Positions 26,341 through 35,832 of a DNA stretch of 35,904 nt are shown piece by piece; the first letter of the stretch is position 1; every line of letters starts with the position of its first letter. Source of the stretch: Clostridiales bacterium (GTDB lineage: Bacteria > Bacillota > Clostridia > Oscillospirales > Ruminococcaceae). Location of the stretch: the NCBI GenBank assembly GCA_012523875.1, contig JAAYSW010000139.1:1-35904 (forward strand), written 5' to 3'. The notes under the pieces are model-generated. The model did not search any database. It saw nothing but the letters and a program-made list of their open reading frames with translations, and had not been told where the DNA came from. The position numbers and the translations under genes are program-made.

Positions 26341-27510
26341 TTAATATCTTGCGTCTAATCTATCTATTCTGTCATATCCTAACAAGAAGAAATAATCACC
26401 CATCTTATAAAATCTATCATAGGTATCAGAAATGTCTTTAGATTTTGTTTGTTTGCCATTAAAATTATATGTTTTCATATCTACTTTTGTCATTACATAT
26501 ACAGATTCTCCCTCAACATCAACAAGTTTCAATTGCTCATCAATGCTAATCTCGATAGCATCTGCATTTGGACCTTTAATTGTAACTAAAGTATTTTTTC
26601 TCTTTTGTTCATTGTTAAATATCATTGCTACTTTTCCATCATCAAAGTCATAACCAATTAATTTATCCTTATAAATATATTCAGAAATTTTCTGACCATT
26701 ATTATCATAATACGCACATTTGGTATCTCCAAAAATAAATACCCCACCCTCACTGGTATAGAATGATTTAATGGCAAATGAATCAAACTGCTCGCTAACC
26801 CATTTTGTTGTCCCAGAGTTAAACGAAAGCTTATTAACCTTTGAAACCATTCTCCCCTTATCCACGTCGATTGTCACTGTAATACAGCCCTTGCTATCAT
26901 TTGTAAAAGATAAATCAAAAATCCTTTCGATACTTTGGACACGATAAATTTCCTTTCCCGAAGCATCATAAACTGTGAGCATACAAACATATGTACCTGA
27001 ACTACTAACAATTGCAACAACCCCATCATTACTAATTCTAGCAAATAAAATATTTTCTGCTATCTCTTTTTCATAAACAGTTTTATGCTTACTTTCGACT
27101 CTAAAGCTATTCCCACCATGCTCATAAACTATAGCCTTTTTCCCAACAGTTTCTATAATTGCACTATTATAAGCGTGTTGCCTTGTGTCAATCAATTCAC
27201 CATCAACAGAGTATATATGAAGATATGCATCACTCAAAATTGCAAAACTTTTATCTATATCCCCCACACTGTAATTAACACCATCAGAAATAATCAGTGG
27301 GAAATTACCAGATGATTTAGATTTTTTACTCTGTGAAATGCTATGATATTTTGTTCCTATTCCCTCAAGCTTTGGAATCCATCTATCTCTATTTACATAT
27401 AAGTTGATACCTATAGCTATTATAACTAAAAATGATATCATCTTTAGTATCTTCTGTCGTCTTTTCCTACGGCGTCGCATGAGAGCTATATCCCTAACTT
27501 TTTCTTCCAT
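26341..27510 (-). CDS. Uncharacterised bitopic protein with a beta-rich extracytoplasmic domain (possibly a Clostridia-specific DUF, DUF5711-like; from memory, unverified)
   Basis: An Arg/Lys-rich N-terminus (MRRRRKRRQK) is followed by one TM segment (ISFLVIIAIGINLYV). After that come about 330 aa of repeated beta-strand-like segments suggestive of a propeller fold. GAGGAG lies 7 nt before the ATG. Confidence 0.55.
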   Translation of the reverse strand: MEEKVRDIALMRRRRKRRQKILKMISFLVIIAIGINLYVNRDRWIPKLEGIGTKYHSISQSKKSKSSGNFPLIISDGVNYSVGDIDKSFAILSDAYLHIYSVDGELIDTRQHAYNSAIIETVGKKAIVYEHGGNSFRVESKHKTVYEKEIAENILFARISNDGVVAIVSSSGTYVCMLTVYDASGKEIYRVQSIERIFDLSFTNDSKGCITVTIDVDKGRMVSKVNKLSFNSGTTKWVSEQFDSFAIKSFYTSEGGVFIFGDTKCAYYDNNGQKISEYIYKDKLIGYDFDDGKVAMIFNNEQKRKNTLVTIKGPNADAIEISIDEQLKLVDVEGESVYVMTKVDMKTYNFNGKQTKSKDISDTYDRFYKMGDYFFLLGYDRIDRLDARY

Positions 27511-27581
27511 TATGATACTCCTCGTTTGATCCGATACTATTCTGATTTAAATATTTAACTTTCCCTTTACGCAAATTAAAA

Positions 27582-28325
27582 TTAAATTTCGTCATAATAT
27601 ACCCTATTTAAATACAGTCCATGTGCCTGTGCAGTTTTTCCTGCATAAATCCTATTCTTCGCTTTGATTATATCAGCAAGCTCATCTTCCTTAATTTTTC
27701 CTTCATTAACCCATAAGAGCGTTCCAACTATAATCCTAATCATATTATACAGAAAACCATCACCTTTTACAAGCATAATTATTGAATCACCATTAACTTC
27801 TATATGAAATCTATGTATTGTTCTTATTGTGTTAATTTTATCCGAATCTATTGAACAAAAACTTTTAAAATCATGTGTTCCCACAAAATTCTGTGAAGCT
27901 TTTCTTATAAGTTCAATATCCATCGGACGTTTATAATGATATTCTAAATCAGTAGCAAAGGGATTTTTACTTTCACTATTGTGAATTTTATAAATATACT
28001 CCTTGGCTCTACATGAAAACCTTGCATGAAAATCCAGTGGTGCTTCTTCACATTTTAGTATGGAAATATCTTCAGGGAGCTTACTATTTAGCCCCCTAAC
28101 AAAATTTCTCGCTGGTATATTGCTATTTGTCATAACAGAAAAGCAGTATTCATTTGCATGGACTCCTGCATCCGTTCTAGAGCAACCAACCATTTCCACG
28201 TCTTCATTAAAAATATTTGAAAGTTGATTTTCAACTAGCTCTTGAATAGTAATTACGTTTTTTTGTCTTTGGAATCCATGATAATTAGTACCCCTATAAG
28301 CCATTATAACTTTTAAGTTTCTCAA
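27582..28325 (-). CDS. truA: tRNA pseudouridine(38-40) synthase TruA
   Basis: The catalytic motif is SRTDAGVHA, and the N-terminus YRGTNYHGFQRQ is typical. The TTG start has GAGGT 7 nt upstream. The position after ecfT is conserved. Confidence 0.93.
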   Translation of the reverse strand: MRNLKVIMAYRGTNYHGFQRQKNVITIQELVENQLSNIFNEDVEMVGCSRTDAGVHANEYCFSVMTNSNIPARNFVRGLNSKLPEDISILKCEEAPLDFHARFSCRAKEYIYKIHNSESKNPFATDLEYHYKRPMDIELIRKASQNFVGTHDFKSFCSIDSDKINTIRTIHRFHIEVNGDSIIMLVKGDGFLYNMIRIIVGTLLWVNEGKIKEDELADIIKAKNRIYAGKTAQAHGLYLNRVYYDEI

Positions 28326-28351
28326 ATCTTTAAACCTCTATCCACGAATCT

Positions 28352-29155
28352 TTACACAAATATATTCAATATAATAATAGATAATAAAAACATTATTGTA
28401 ATTGCTGTTGCCATATAATCCTTTGTACCGGATTTAAGCTGATTAAGACGTGTTCTTCCCTCTCCCCCATGATAACAACGACAAGTCATAGCAAGTGCTA
28501 AATCCTCTGCTCGTCTAAAAGCTGATACAAATAATGGAATTAGTATCGGTATTAATGCTTTAATCCTTTGCATAACTTTTCCACTTTCAAAATCTGCACC
28601 CCTCGCCTTTTGTGCAGACATTATCTTATCCGTTTCCTCTATAAGAGTGGGAATAAACCTTAGTGCAATTGTCATCATCATAGCAAATTCATGCACAGGC
28701 ATTTTTATCTTTTTAAGTGGTGATAACAAATATTCAATAGCATCTGTTAGTGTTATTGGTGAGGTTGTATACGTTAAAAGTGATGAACCAATAATCAAGA
28801 AAATAATGCGTATTGCCATATAAAGTGTCATATTAACACCATCTTCTGTTACCCTAATAAATGCCCATTCTATATAGACATCGCCACCACTAATAAAGAA
28901 TAAATTAAATAATGATGTAAACAATAAAATCGGTATTAAAGGCTTTAGACTTTTTAGTATTAACTTAAACGGAATTTTAGATAAAATTAATGCTAGAAAA
29001 GCAAATAGACCACCGACGAATAATCCGAATATACTGCTTGAAATAAAGAGCATTGCAATATAAATCATTGTAATAATAATCTTAAATCGTGGGTCAAGCC
29101 TATGAACAACACTATTTCCAGGAAAGTACTGACCAAGTGTTATGTCCTTAATCAT
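28352..29155 (-). CDS. ecfT: ECF transporter transmembrane component EcfT
   Basis: N-terminal GQYFPGNSVVHRLDPR and the conserved ARG loops (SAQKARGADFE, AFRRAEDLALAM) are present. I prefer the ATG at 29155, with GGAGGG 8 nt upstream, which overlaps the ecfA2 stop. Confidence 0.92.
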   Translation of the reverse strand: MIKDITLGQYFPGNSVVHRLDPRFKIIITMIYIAMLFISSSIFGLFVGGLFAFLALILSKIPFKLILKSLKPLIPILLFTSLFNLFFISGGDVYIEWAFIRVTEDGVNMTLYMAIRIIFLIIGSSLLTYTTSPITLTDAIEYLLSPLKKIKMPVHEFAMMMTIALRFIPTLIEETDKIMSAQKARGADFESGKVMQRIKALIPILIPLFVSAFRRAEDLALAMTCRCYHGGEGRTRLNQLKSGTKDYMATAITIMFLLSIIILNIFV

Positions 29156-30020
29156 AAGCTCCACCCTCCTTTTCAGATAGGTATTTCAAAAATATTTCCT
29201 TCGCATATTTTACGGTGTAAATCTCATCTTCAATATTTATGCCCCTGTTTTTAAGCTCATTAATTACCCTTGTAATCTGTGGTACAGTCAAGCCCATTTC
29301 AGATATTTCATTAGCTCTCTTAAAGACTTCAGCAGTTTTTCCATAGCAAAACACCTTTGATTTATTCATCACAAGTATTTTATTTGCATACCTAGCTATA
29401 TCCTCCATGCTATGGGAAACAATTAATACTGTACATCCTGTTTTTTTGTGATGCTCTTTAATAAGGTTAAGTATTTTCTCTCTCCCCTTTGGATCAAGAC
29501 CCGCTGTAGGCTCATCTAGTATAAGTATTTTTGGCTCCATAGCCATTACACCTGCAATTGCTACTCTACGCTTTTGACCTCCAGATAACTCAAAAGGAGA
29601 TCTCTGGAGCAATTCCTCGCTAATTCCGACTGCTGTTGCCGTATTCCTAACTCTATAATCAATTTCATCTTCGGTTAACCCCATGTTTTTAGGACCAAAG
29701 GCAATATCTCTGTATACAGTTTCCTCAAAAATTTGATATTCAGGATATTGAAAAACCAAACCCACTGTAAATCTCGCCTGGCGAGTACTTGCCTTGCTTT
29801 TCCATATATCCTCACCTTCAATCAAAATCCTACCGCTTGTTGGTTTTAATAATCCGTTAAAATGTTGAATTAGGGTTGATTTACCAGAACCCGTATGTCC
29901 AATAATACCTACAAGTTCACCCTCTTCTATTTCAAGATTGATATTATCAATCGCTTTTTTCTCAAATGGAGTTCCTACGCTATATGTGTAGGTTAAATTC
30001 TCAGTTTTTATAATTCCCAA
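29148..30020 (-). CDS. ecfA2: ECF transporter ATPase EcfA2
   Basis: It has Walker A GHTGSGKST, the ABC signature LSGGQKRR, and Walker B ILILDEP. The TTG start lies 6 nt after GAGGT. Confidence 0.92.
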   Translation of the reverse strand: MGIIKTENLTYTYSVGTPFEKKAIDNINLEIEEGELVGIIGHTGSGKSTLIQHFNGLLKPTSGRILIEGEDIWKSKASTRQARFTVGLVFQYPEYQIFEETVYRDIAFGPKNMGLTEDEIDYRVRNTATAVGISEELLQRSPFELSGGQKRRVAIAGVMAMEPKILILDEPTAGLDPKGREKILNLIKEHHKKTGCTVLIVSHSMEDIARYANKILVMNKSKVFCYGKTAEVFKRANEISEMGLTVPQITRVINELKNRGINIEDEIYTVKYAKEIFLKYLSEKEGGAYD

Positions 30021-30033
30021 GTGAATACCTCAT

Positions 30034-30897
30034 TTATGCCAAGATTTTCATGAGTGCCTCAACACACTCATCTTCTGTTATTATCTGTTTATCAATATTC
30101 AAACCATACTTATTAAGCTCATAAATAAGTTCAGTTACCTGCGGCACATCAAGCCCTACTGATTTGAGCAGTTCTACGTGTGAAAATACCTCTTTCGGTA
30201 TATCATCAAGAATAACTTCACCCTCATCCATAACAACAACCCTATCTGCCTCCGCAGCTTCATCCATATAATGTGTTATAGCAACAATCGTTATGCCAAA
30301 ATTCTTATTAAGCATCCTTATAGTTTTTAAAACCTCCTGCCTACCCTTTGGGTCAAGCATTGCAGTCGGCTCATCAAGTACAATGCATTCAGGACGCATA
30401 GCAATTACACCCGCTATGGCAACTCGTTGCTTCTGTCCACCAGAAAGCTGGTGCGGTGCGTGTTCTCTATATTCATACATATCTACCGCTTTTAATGCGT
30501 CATCAACACGATTACGCATTTCCTTTGGCTCAACCCCCAGGTTTTCCAATGCAAAAGCAACATCTTCCTCAACCACCGTTGCAACGATTTGGTTATCGGG
30601 GTTTTGAAAGACCATACCTACACGTTGCCTTATATCAAAATGTCTATCCTCAAGTTTCGTATCAATATCCCCAATATAGACTGTTCCTTTTTTGGGCAAT
30701 AATATTGCATTAAGGTGTTTTGCAAAGGTGGATTTGCCCGATCCATTATGCCCCAATACAGCAACAAATTCACCTTTATTTATATCTAAATTTATCCCCT
30801 TTAAAATTTCTTTTACAGGGGATTCCACCCCTTCTTCTACTGAATACTCATTTTCATAATAAAAATGGATATCATCTGTTTTTATTATATTGCCCAT
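30034..30897 (-). CDS. ecfA1: ECF transporter ATPase EcfA1
   Basis: It has Walker [10 protein letters not shown], the ABC signature LSGGQKQR, and Walker B CIVLDEP. Confidence 0.92.
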   Translation of the reverse strand: MGNIIKTDDIHFYYENEYSVEEGVESPVKEILKGINLDINKGEFVAVLGHNGSGKSTFAKHLNAILLPKKGTVYIGDIDTKLEDRHFDIRQRVGMVFQNPDNQIVATVVEEDVAFALENLGVEPKEMRNRVDDALKAVDMYEYREHAPHQLSGGQKQRVAIAGVIAMRPECIVLDEPTAMLDPKGRQEVLKTIRMLNKNFGITIVAITHYMDEAAEADRVVVMDEGEVILDDIPKEVFSHVELLKSVGLDVPQVTELIYELNKYGLNIDKQIITEDECVEALMKILA

Positions 30898-30940
30898 GCT
30901 TATACCTCCGACCTGTTACCATAAGTTTCCAAGAAGTATC

Positions 30941-32296
30941 TTATGCACCAAATCTCTCTCTTATTTTATCAGAAATCTCTACCGCCATTGCATTAATGAG
31001 TTCAAAATTTCTGCCCTCTATCATTACCCTAATCAACGGCTCTGTTCCACTTTCCCTTACTAATATTCTTCCTTTATCACCAAGTGTCTTTTCGTGTTTT
31101 TCAATTAGGTCTGTAATACCACTATCGTTTTTCCACACTTCCTTACCATTTGCACCAATTTTAACATTTATCATTACTTGTGGAAAACTTTCCATTATCA
31201 TGGCAAGCTCCGACATTCTCTTACCCGATTTCGCTAGAATTTCTAATACCTTTAGACCTGAAAGTTGACCATCACCTGTTGTAGCATCATCAAGGAAAAT
31301 TATATGCCCACTTTGCTCACCACCGATATTATATCCGCCCTCAATCATCTTTTCAAGCACATATCTATCCCCAACCTTTGATGTTACAATATTTATATCA
31401 TTATCCTTTGCAAAATATGAGAAGCCAATGTTAGTCATAACAGTAACTACTGCCGTATCATTTTTTAGTTTACCATTATCTTTATATGATTTAGCACATA
31501 TTGCAATCAACTTATCACCATCTATAATCTCCCCATTTTCATCGACGGCAAGGCATCTATCAGCATCACCATCAAATGCAATACCGACATGGCATTTATT
31601 TTCTCTTACAAACTTGATGAGTTCACCCATATGTGTTGACCCACATTTATCATTTATATTTATCCCATTAGGGTTTGCATTTAACATATAGCAACTTGCT
31701 CCCATACCAGCAAAAAGCTTTTCAGCGGTCACCGAAGCACTACCATTAGCACAATCAAGTGCAACCCTTATGCCTTTTAAATCTGCAGTAGAGCATGCCT
31801 TCATAATATATCGTATATAATCCCATTGTGCATCCTTATAGTAAGAAATTCTTCCTACCTTCTCATCTGAGGCAAGAGTAATTTCTTCTGGGTTATCTAA
31901 AATAAGCCTCTCAATTTCCTCCTCAATTTCATCTGAAAGCTTATATCCTGTCGAAGAAAATAACTTTATACCATTGAACTCCATACTATTATGTGATGCC
32001 GAAATCATAACCCCCGCATCAGCACAATTTTTTCTCACAAGGGCTGCAACTGCAGGGGTTGGCACAATGCCAAGTATTTCTGCATTCGCTCCAACCGAGC
32101 AAATCCCTGCTATAAGGGCTGATTCTAATATATCAGAGGAAATCCTTGTATCCTTGCCAATATAAATCGTTGGCTTATGGCTCATCTGTTTAGTAAGTAC
32201 TAATGCTGCTGCTCTGCCTATTTGCATTGCAAGCTCACAAGTTAATTCTGTAATTGCTACTCCTCTTACACCGTCTGTTCCAAACAATCTTCCCAT
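30941..32296 (-). CDS. glmM: Phosphoglucosamine mutase
   Basis: It has N-terminal FGTDGVRG, the phosphoserine loop SASHNS, the metal site FDGDADR, and GEQSGH. Confidence 0.95.
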   Translation of the reverse strand: MGRLFGTDGVRGVAITELTCELAMQIGRAAALVLTKQMSHKPTIYIGKDTRISSDILESALIAGICSVGANAEILGIVPTPAVAALVRKNCADAGVMISASHNSMEFNGIKLFSSTGYKLSDEIEEEIERLILDNPEEITLASDEKVGRISYYKDAQWDYIRYIMKACSTADLKGIRVALDCANGSASVTAEKLFAGMGASCYMLNANPNGININDKCGSTHMGELIKFVRENKCHVGIAFDGDADRCLAVDENGEIIDGDKLIAICAKSYKDNGKLKNDTAVVTVMTNIGFSYFAKDNDINIVTSKVGDRYVLEKMIEGGYNIGGEQSGHIIFLDDATTGDGQLSGLKVLEILAKSGKRMSELAMIMESFPQVMINVKIGANGKEVWKNDSGITDLIEKHEKTLGDKGRILVRESGTEPLIRVMIEGRNFELINAMAVEISDKIRERFGA

Positions 32297-32339
32297 CTTA
32301 TATTGTCTCCTTTTTGAATAATAATACTAAAACTCCCAA

Positions 32340-33386
32340 TCAAAAACGCAATTGTTCATCATCACATTCTTTCGGAACTAACCCTAAATGCTCATATGCA
32401 AGTCTTGTTACGCAGCGTCCTCGTGGTGTTCTTGATAAAAAACCCAACTGCATAAGGAATGGCTCACATACATCCTCTATGGTGATACCCTCCTCACCAA
32501 TAGCCGCAGCAAGTGTTTCTATTCCAACTGGACCACCATTGTATCCTTTTATAATCATATTAAGTACTCTCTTATCAAGACTATCCAATCCTAAGCTATC
32601 AATCTCAAGCCTATCTAAAGCTATGTGTGCAATTTCTTTTGTAATTGTACCATTACCCATTACATCAGCGAAATCACGAACACGTTTCAATAATCTATTG
32701 GCAATCCTAGGAGTTCCTCTCGCACGCATAGCAAGTTCCATAGCCCCCTCTGGATCGCAAGGTATCCCCAAAATCATACTGCTTCTTCTAACTATATCAC
32801 ATAACTGGTCGTGATTATAAAGCTCTAATCTTAACAACACACCAAATCTATCCCTCAACGGGGTTGTAAGCTGTCCTGCTCTTGTGGTTGCCCCAACAAG
32901 TGTAAACTTGGGTAAATCAATTCTTATAGAGCGAGCGGAAGGCCCCTTACCAATCATTATATCTAATGCATTATCCTCAAGTGCTGGGTATAATATCTCT
33001 TCTATTGCTCGTGAAAGTCTATGAATTTCATCAATAAATAATACATCATTTTCAGTAAGATTTGTAAGTAGAGCTGCTAAATCTCCTGGTTTTTCTATTG
33101 CAGGTCCTGATGTTATGCGTAGGTTTACACCCATTTCACTCGCAATTATACCAGCAAGAGTAGTTTTTCCAAGCCCAGGAGGACCATATAAAAGCACATG
33201 GTCGAGTGGTTCCTCCCTGCGTCTAGCCGCCTCTATATATATTGCTAAATTCTCCTTAACCTTATCCTGACCAATATACTCCTGTAAGGTTTTCGGTCTT
33301 AGTGAATAATCAATCTCATCATCATTAGTTGTATATTCAGGTGTTGTCATTCTATTTTCAAGTTCCATTCCACCTGTTTCTATCAA
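32340..33386 (-). CDS. ruvB: Holliday junction branch-migration ATPase RuvB
   Basis: [12 protein letters not shown], Walker [10 protein letters not shown] and DEIHRL are present. The start is uncertain. TTG 33386 has GGGGGGA 5 nt upstream, while ATG 33368 has only 1 nt of SD spacing. The track start at 33461 overlaps ruvA and looks over-extended. Confidence 0.93.
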   Translation of the reverse strand: MIETGGMELENRMTTPEYTTNDDEIDYSLRPKTLQEYIGQDKVKENLAIYIEAARRREEPLDHVLLYGPPGLGKTTLAGIIASEMGVNLRITSGPAIEKPGDLAALLTNLTENDVLFIDEIHRLSRAIEEILYPALEDNALDIMIGKGPSARSIRIDLPKFTLVGATTRAGQLTTPLRDRFGVLLRLELYNHDQLCDIVRRSSMILGIPCDPEGAMELAMRARGTPRIANRLLKRVRDFADVMGNGTITKEIAHIALDRLEIDSLGLDSLDKRVLNMIIKGYNGGPVGIETLAAAIGEEGITIEDVCEPFLMQLGFLSRTPRGRCVTRLAYEHLGLVPKECDDEQLRF

Positions 33387-33441
33387 AAAAATCCCCCCAG
33401 AATATATTTTATATGTTAAATCTATCGTGTAATTTTGTTTT

Positions 33442-34044
33442 CTACTGCATCTTCTTACCAATTAATTTCAATGCCTCTTTAATCATTTCTGATGTGGAGA
33501 GATTTGGATTCAACTTAGCAATTATTGGAGCAACATCGGATTGCGAATATCCTAATACCACCAATGCGGACATTGCCTCCCCAGTATTAGAATTACTAAA
33601 GATGGGGTCAAAATCAGCTTCCCCTGTAGAGGCTAAACCTTCCTTGGCTACCTTATCTTTTAACTCCAATATAATTCGCTGTGCAATCTTTGGGCCTATT
33701 CCTTTAATCTTCGTTAAAGCCTTGCTATCACCTGATGCAACGATAAGGGCGAACCTTTCAACACTTATATCTGAAAGTATTGAAAGTGCTGATTTAGGTC
33801 CAACCCCTGAGACAGTGGTTAACATCTTAAAACAATTTAATTCATCGAGAGTATAGAACCCGAATAGCTCCATCGAGTCTTCCCGAACATTCAGATACGT
33901 ATATACCCTAACTTCCTCATTAATATTACCAATCTGTGAAAGAGTTGCTAGAGTAGTCCTACAAGCATATCCAACCCCAGAACACTCAATAACTACTAAA
34001 GATGGTTCTTTAGCAATTAGTTCACCCCTTATGCTATAAATCAT
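33442..34044 (-). CDS. ruvA: Holliday junction DNA-binding protein RuvA
   Basis: It has an OB-fold N-terminus ([10 protein letters not shown]...V..GVGY), tandem HhH motifs ([35 protein letters not shown]), and C-terminal domain III. Confidence 0.93.
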   Translation of the reverse strand: MIYSIRGELIAKEPSLVVIECSGVGYACRTTLATLSQIGNINEEVRVYTYLNVREDSMELFGFYTLDELNCFKMLTTVSGVGPKSALSILSDISVERFALIVASGDSKALTKIKGIGPKIAQRIILELKDKVAKEGLASTGEADFDPIFSNSNTGEAMSALVVLGYSQSDVAPIIAKLNPNLSTSEMIKEALKLIGKKMQ

Positions 34045-34076
34045 TTTAAAATTGCCTCCATAATTTCAAATAAACA

Positions 34077-35108
34077 TTATAATCTTATCTTTTTATATCG
34101 AGTTAAAAACTCCTTGCATTTATCTCTTCCCATCTTATCAGCAAGCCTTATAGTTCTACCTATATTAAATCTATTTATAATGCCAGTATCAGCCATAACC
34201 TCAAGTCCAGCTATATCATTATAATCTAAAAATTGATTTATTGCAACTTTTGAATTCTTCTTCAAAAATGAGTAGTATTCCTTTTCCATTTCTTCAGTAA
34301 GACCATCCCTACATATAAGTCTATATGCTGAAACATCAATTCTTTTTTCCATATCCTCTAAAAAGGAATAAACCTCATCATAGCCCTTCCAAGTAAAACC
34401 ACTTTTAAATAATTGACAATACTCACGATGAATAGCATTATATCCCTCTGTTTTCAATTCATCAGTTGGCACGAAAACCCTATGCTCTATATACTCTCCA
34501 TCATTATCATAGATTCTGACTTTAATTTCCCTCACACCTGCAAGTTCAGAATGTGAATAAAAATCTAACTTAGTATATTCGTATCTCATTGTTACTGATT
34601 TTAAACTCCTACAACGATAAAACGCCCTAAATCCAATGCTACAGTCCCCAAATAGAAAAACAGCATTCGATAGCCTTATGCAATCCGCAAAGGCTCTATC
34701 TTTAATTTGCTCAACTCCACTTGGAACAAATAAATCCCTAAGAGAAATACAGCCATAAAAAGCTTCATATCCTATCTCTATAACTGAATCAGGAATAACA
34801 ACCTCATCTAGATTACGGCAATTACTAAAGACATTATCGTTAATCCTTTCTAAATTGCTAGGAAGCTTTACATAGATTAAATCAGTACATTCATTAAATG
34901 CACCATCGCCAACTATTTCGACTGTATCAGGAATAATCACTCTCCTCAGTTGTTTGCATCTGCTGAAAGCATCATTTGATATTTCCTTAACTGGAATACC
35001 AGAAACCTCGCTTGGAATCTCTAATTCTGTAATCCTCTTAGAAACAGCCGATTTAATAACAATCTTTTTATCCCCTACAATATAATTAAACAACTGTGCA
35101 TAGTTCAT
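34077..35108 (-). CDS. Cytoplasmic leucine-rich-repeat protein (BspA/LRR_5 type) with an uncharacterised helical C-terminal domain
   Basis: It contains six tandem repeats of about 23 aa with the pattern IPxSVxxIGxxAFxxCxxLxxV. There is no signal peptide or TM segment. The ATG at 35108 has AGGTGA 4 nt upstream. The track's 21-codon N-terminal extension overlaps ruvC and is probably not translated. Confidence 0.75.
   Translation of the reverse strand: MNYAQLFNYIVGDKKIVIKSAVSKRITELEIPSEVSGIPVKEISNDAFSRCKQLRRVIIPDTVEIVGDGAFNECTDLIYVKLPSNLERINDNVFSNCRNLDEVVIPDSVIEIGYEAFYGCISLRDLFVPSGVEQIKDRAFADCIRLSNAVFLFGDCSIGFRAFYRCRSLKSVTMRYEYTKLDFYSHSELAGVREIKVRIYDNDGEYIEHRVFVPTDELKTEGYNAIHREYCQLFKSGFTWKGYDEVYSFLEDMEKRIDVSAYRLICRDGLTEEMEKEYYSFLKKNSKVAINQFLDYNDIAGLEVMADTGIINRFNIGRTIRLADKMGRDKCKEFLTRYKKIRL
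34592..35027 (-). repeat. Coding tandem repeats (six LRR units of about 69 nt at the protein level)
   Basis: The units are LEIPSEV..ISNDAFSRCKQLRRV, IIPDTVEIVGDGAFNECTDLIYV, KLPSNLERINDNVFSNCRNLDEV, VIPDSVIEIGYEAFYGCISLRDL, FVPSGVEQIKDRAFADCIRLSNA, and VFLFGDCSIGFRAFYRCRSLKSV. Confidence 0.7.
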
Positions 35109-35112
35109 AAAA

Positions 35113-35610
35113 TCACCTACATCCACAATTAACTCTATTTGAATTCGAACAATGAGCATCACATATTGCAATAGCTAATGCATCTGCTGCGTCATCTGGC
35201 TTTGGCATTTGTTGCAAATTCAAAATTCTTTTGGTCATATCCATAACTTGATTCTTTTCCGCTCTTCCATATCCTACAACAGCTTGTTTTACCTGCAATG
35301 GTGTGTATTCAAAAACAGATAGCCCTCTTGAAACAGCTGAAAGAAGAAGTATGCCCCTTGCTTGTGCAACATCAATTCCCGTCTTTTGATTTGTTGTAAA
35401 AAATAATTTTTCAATTGCAAATCGTTCTGGTTTATATTTATCTAAAATAAATTCCATATCATCATAAATGCTTTTCAACCTAAGATGGAATGGTGTATTA
35501 GCTTCTGTAAAGATTGCTCCATATTCGACTGGAGTAAATCTACTACCATCATAATCTACAACACCAAATCCGACTATGGCATATCCCGGATCAATACCGA
35601 TTATTCTCAA
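35113..35610 (-). CDS. ruvC: Holliday junction resolvase RuvC
   Basis: IIGIDPG marks the catalytic Asp. EKLFF and DAADALAIAICDAH are present. The TTG start lies 5 nt after GAGGTG. Confidence 0.92.
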   Translation of the reverse strand: MRIIGIDPGYAIVGFGVVDYDGSRFTPVEYGAIFTEANTPFHLRLKSIYDDMEFILDKYKPERFAIEKLFFTTNQKTGIDVAQARGILLLSAVSRGLSVFEYTPLQVKQAVVGYGRAEKNQVMDMTKRILNLQQMPKPDDAADALAIAICDAHCSNSNRVNCGCR

Positions 35611-35659
35611 TTATACACCTCAACAATTTCTTTACTAAAATTCAATTACCTTTAGTAAT

Positions 35660-35689
35660 ATTATAACATATTTCTAATACATATTTCAA
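35660..35689 (-). promoter_or_regulatory. Sigma-A-type promoter for the ruvC-LRR-ruvA-ruvB operon
   Basis: The minus strand reads TTGAAA, an 18-nt spacer, then TATAAT preceded by TGt (extended -10). It lies about 50 nt upstream of the ruvC start. Confidence 0.5.
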
Positions 35690-35832
35690 CAACAAATGAT
35701 ATATTCTAATTTTATAGCTTTATTGTTTATAATAAAAATAGCGAACATGAAAACCTGTGTTACAGTTAAACTGATAAAAGGTAATCCCATTCGCTATGAG
35801 GTTATAAAACAATAATAAATTAAATTCAAATT

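Noticed and set aside
33369-33461. Track N-terminal extension of ruvB overlapping ruvA. Similar extensions occur for the LRR gene (35109-35171), ileS (8394-8411), tkt-N (3201-3206), ecfT (29156-29164) and the Gx gene (21314-21334).
   Set aside because: These are longest-ORF artefacts. The internal starts have properly spaced SD sequences and give N-termini matching the family norm.
30720-33856. Plus-strand ORFs of 175-186 aa (30720-31268, 32254-32814, 33329-33856)
   Set aside because: Each is antisense to a strongly supported gene (ecfA1/glmM, glmM/ruvB, ruvB/ruvA). They have low-complexity S/L/P/I-rich translations and no SD or promoter context.
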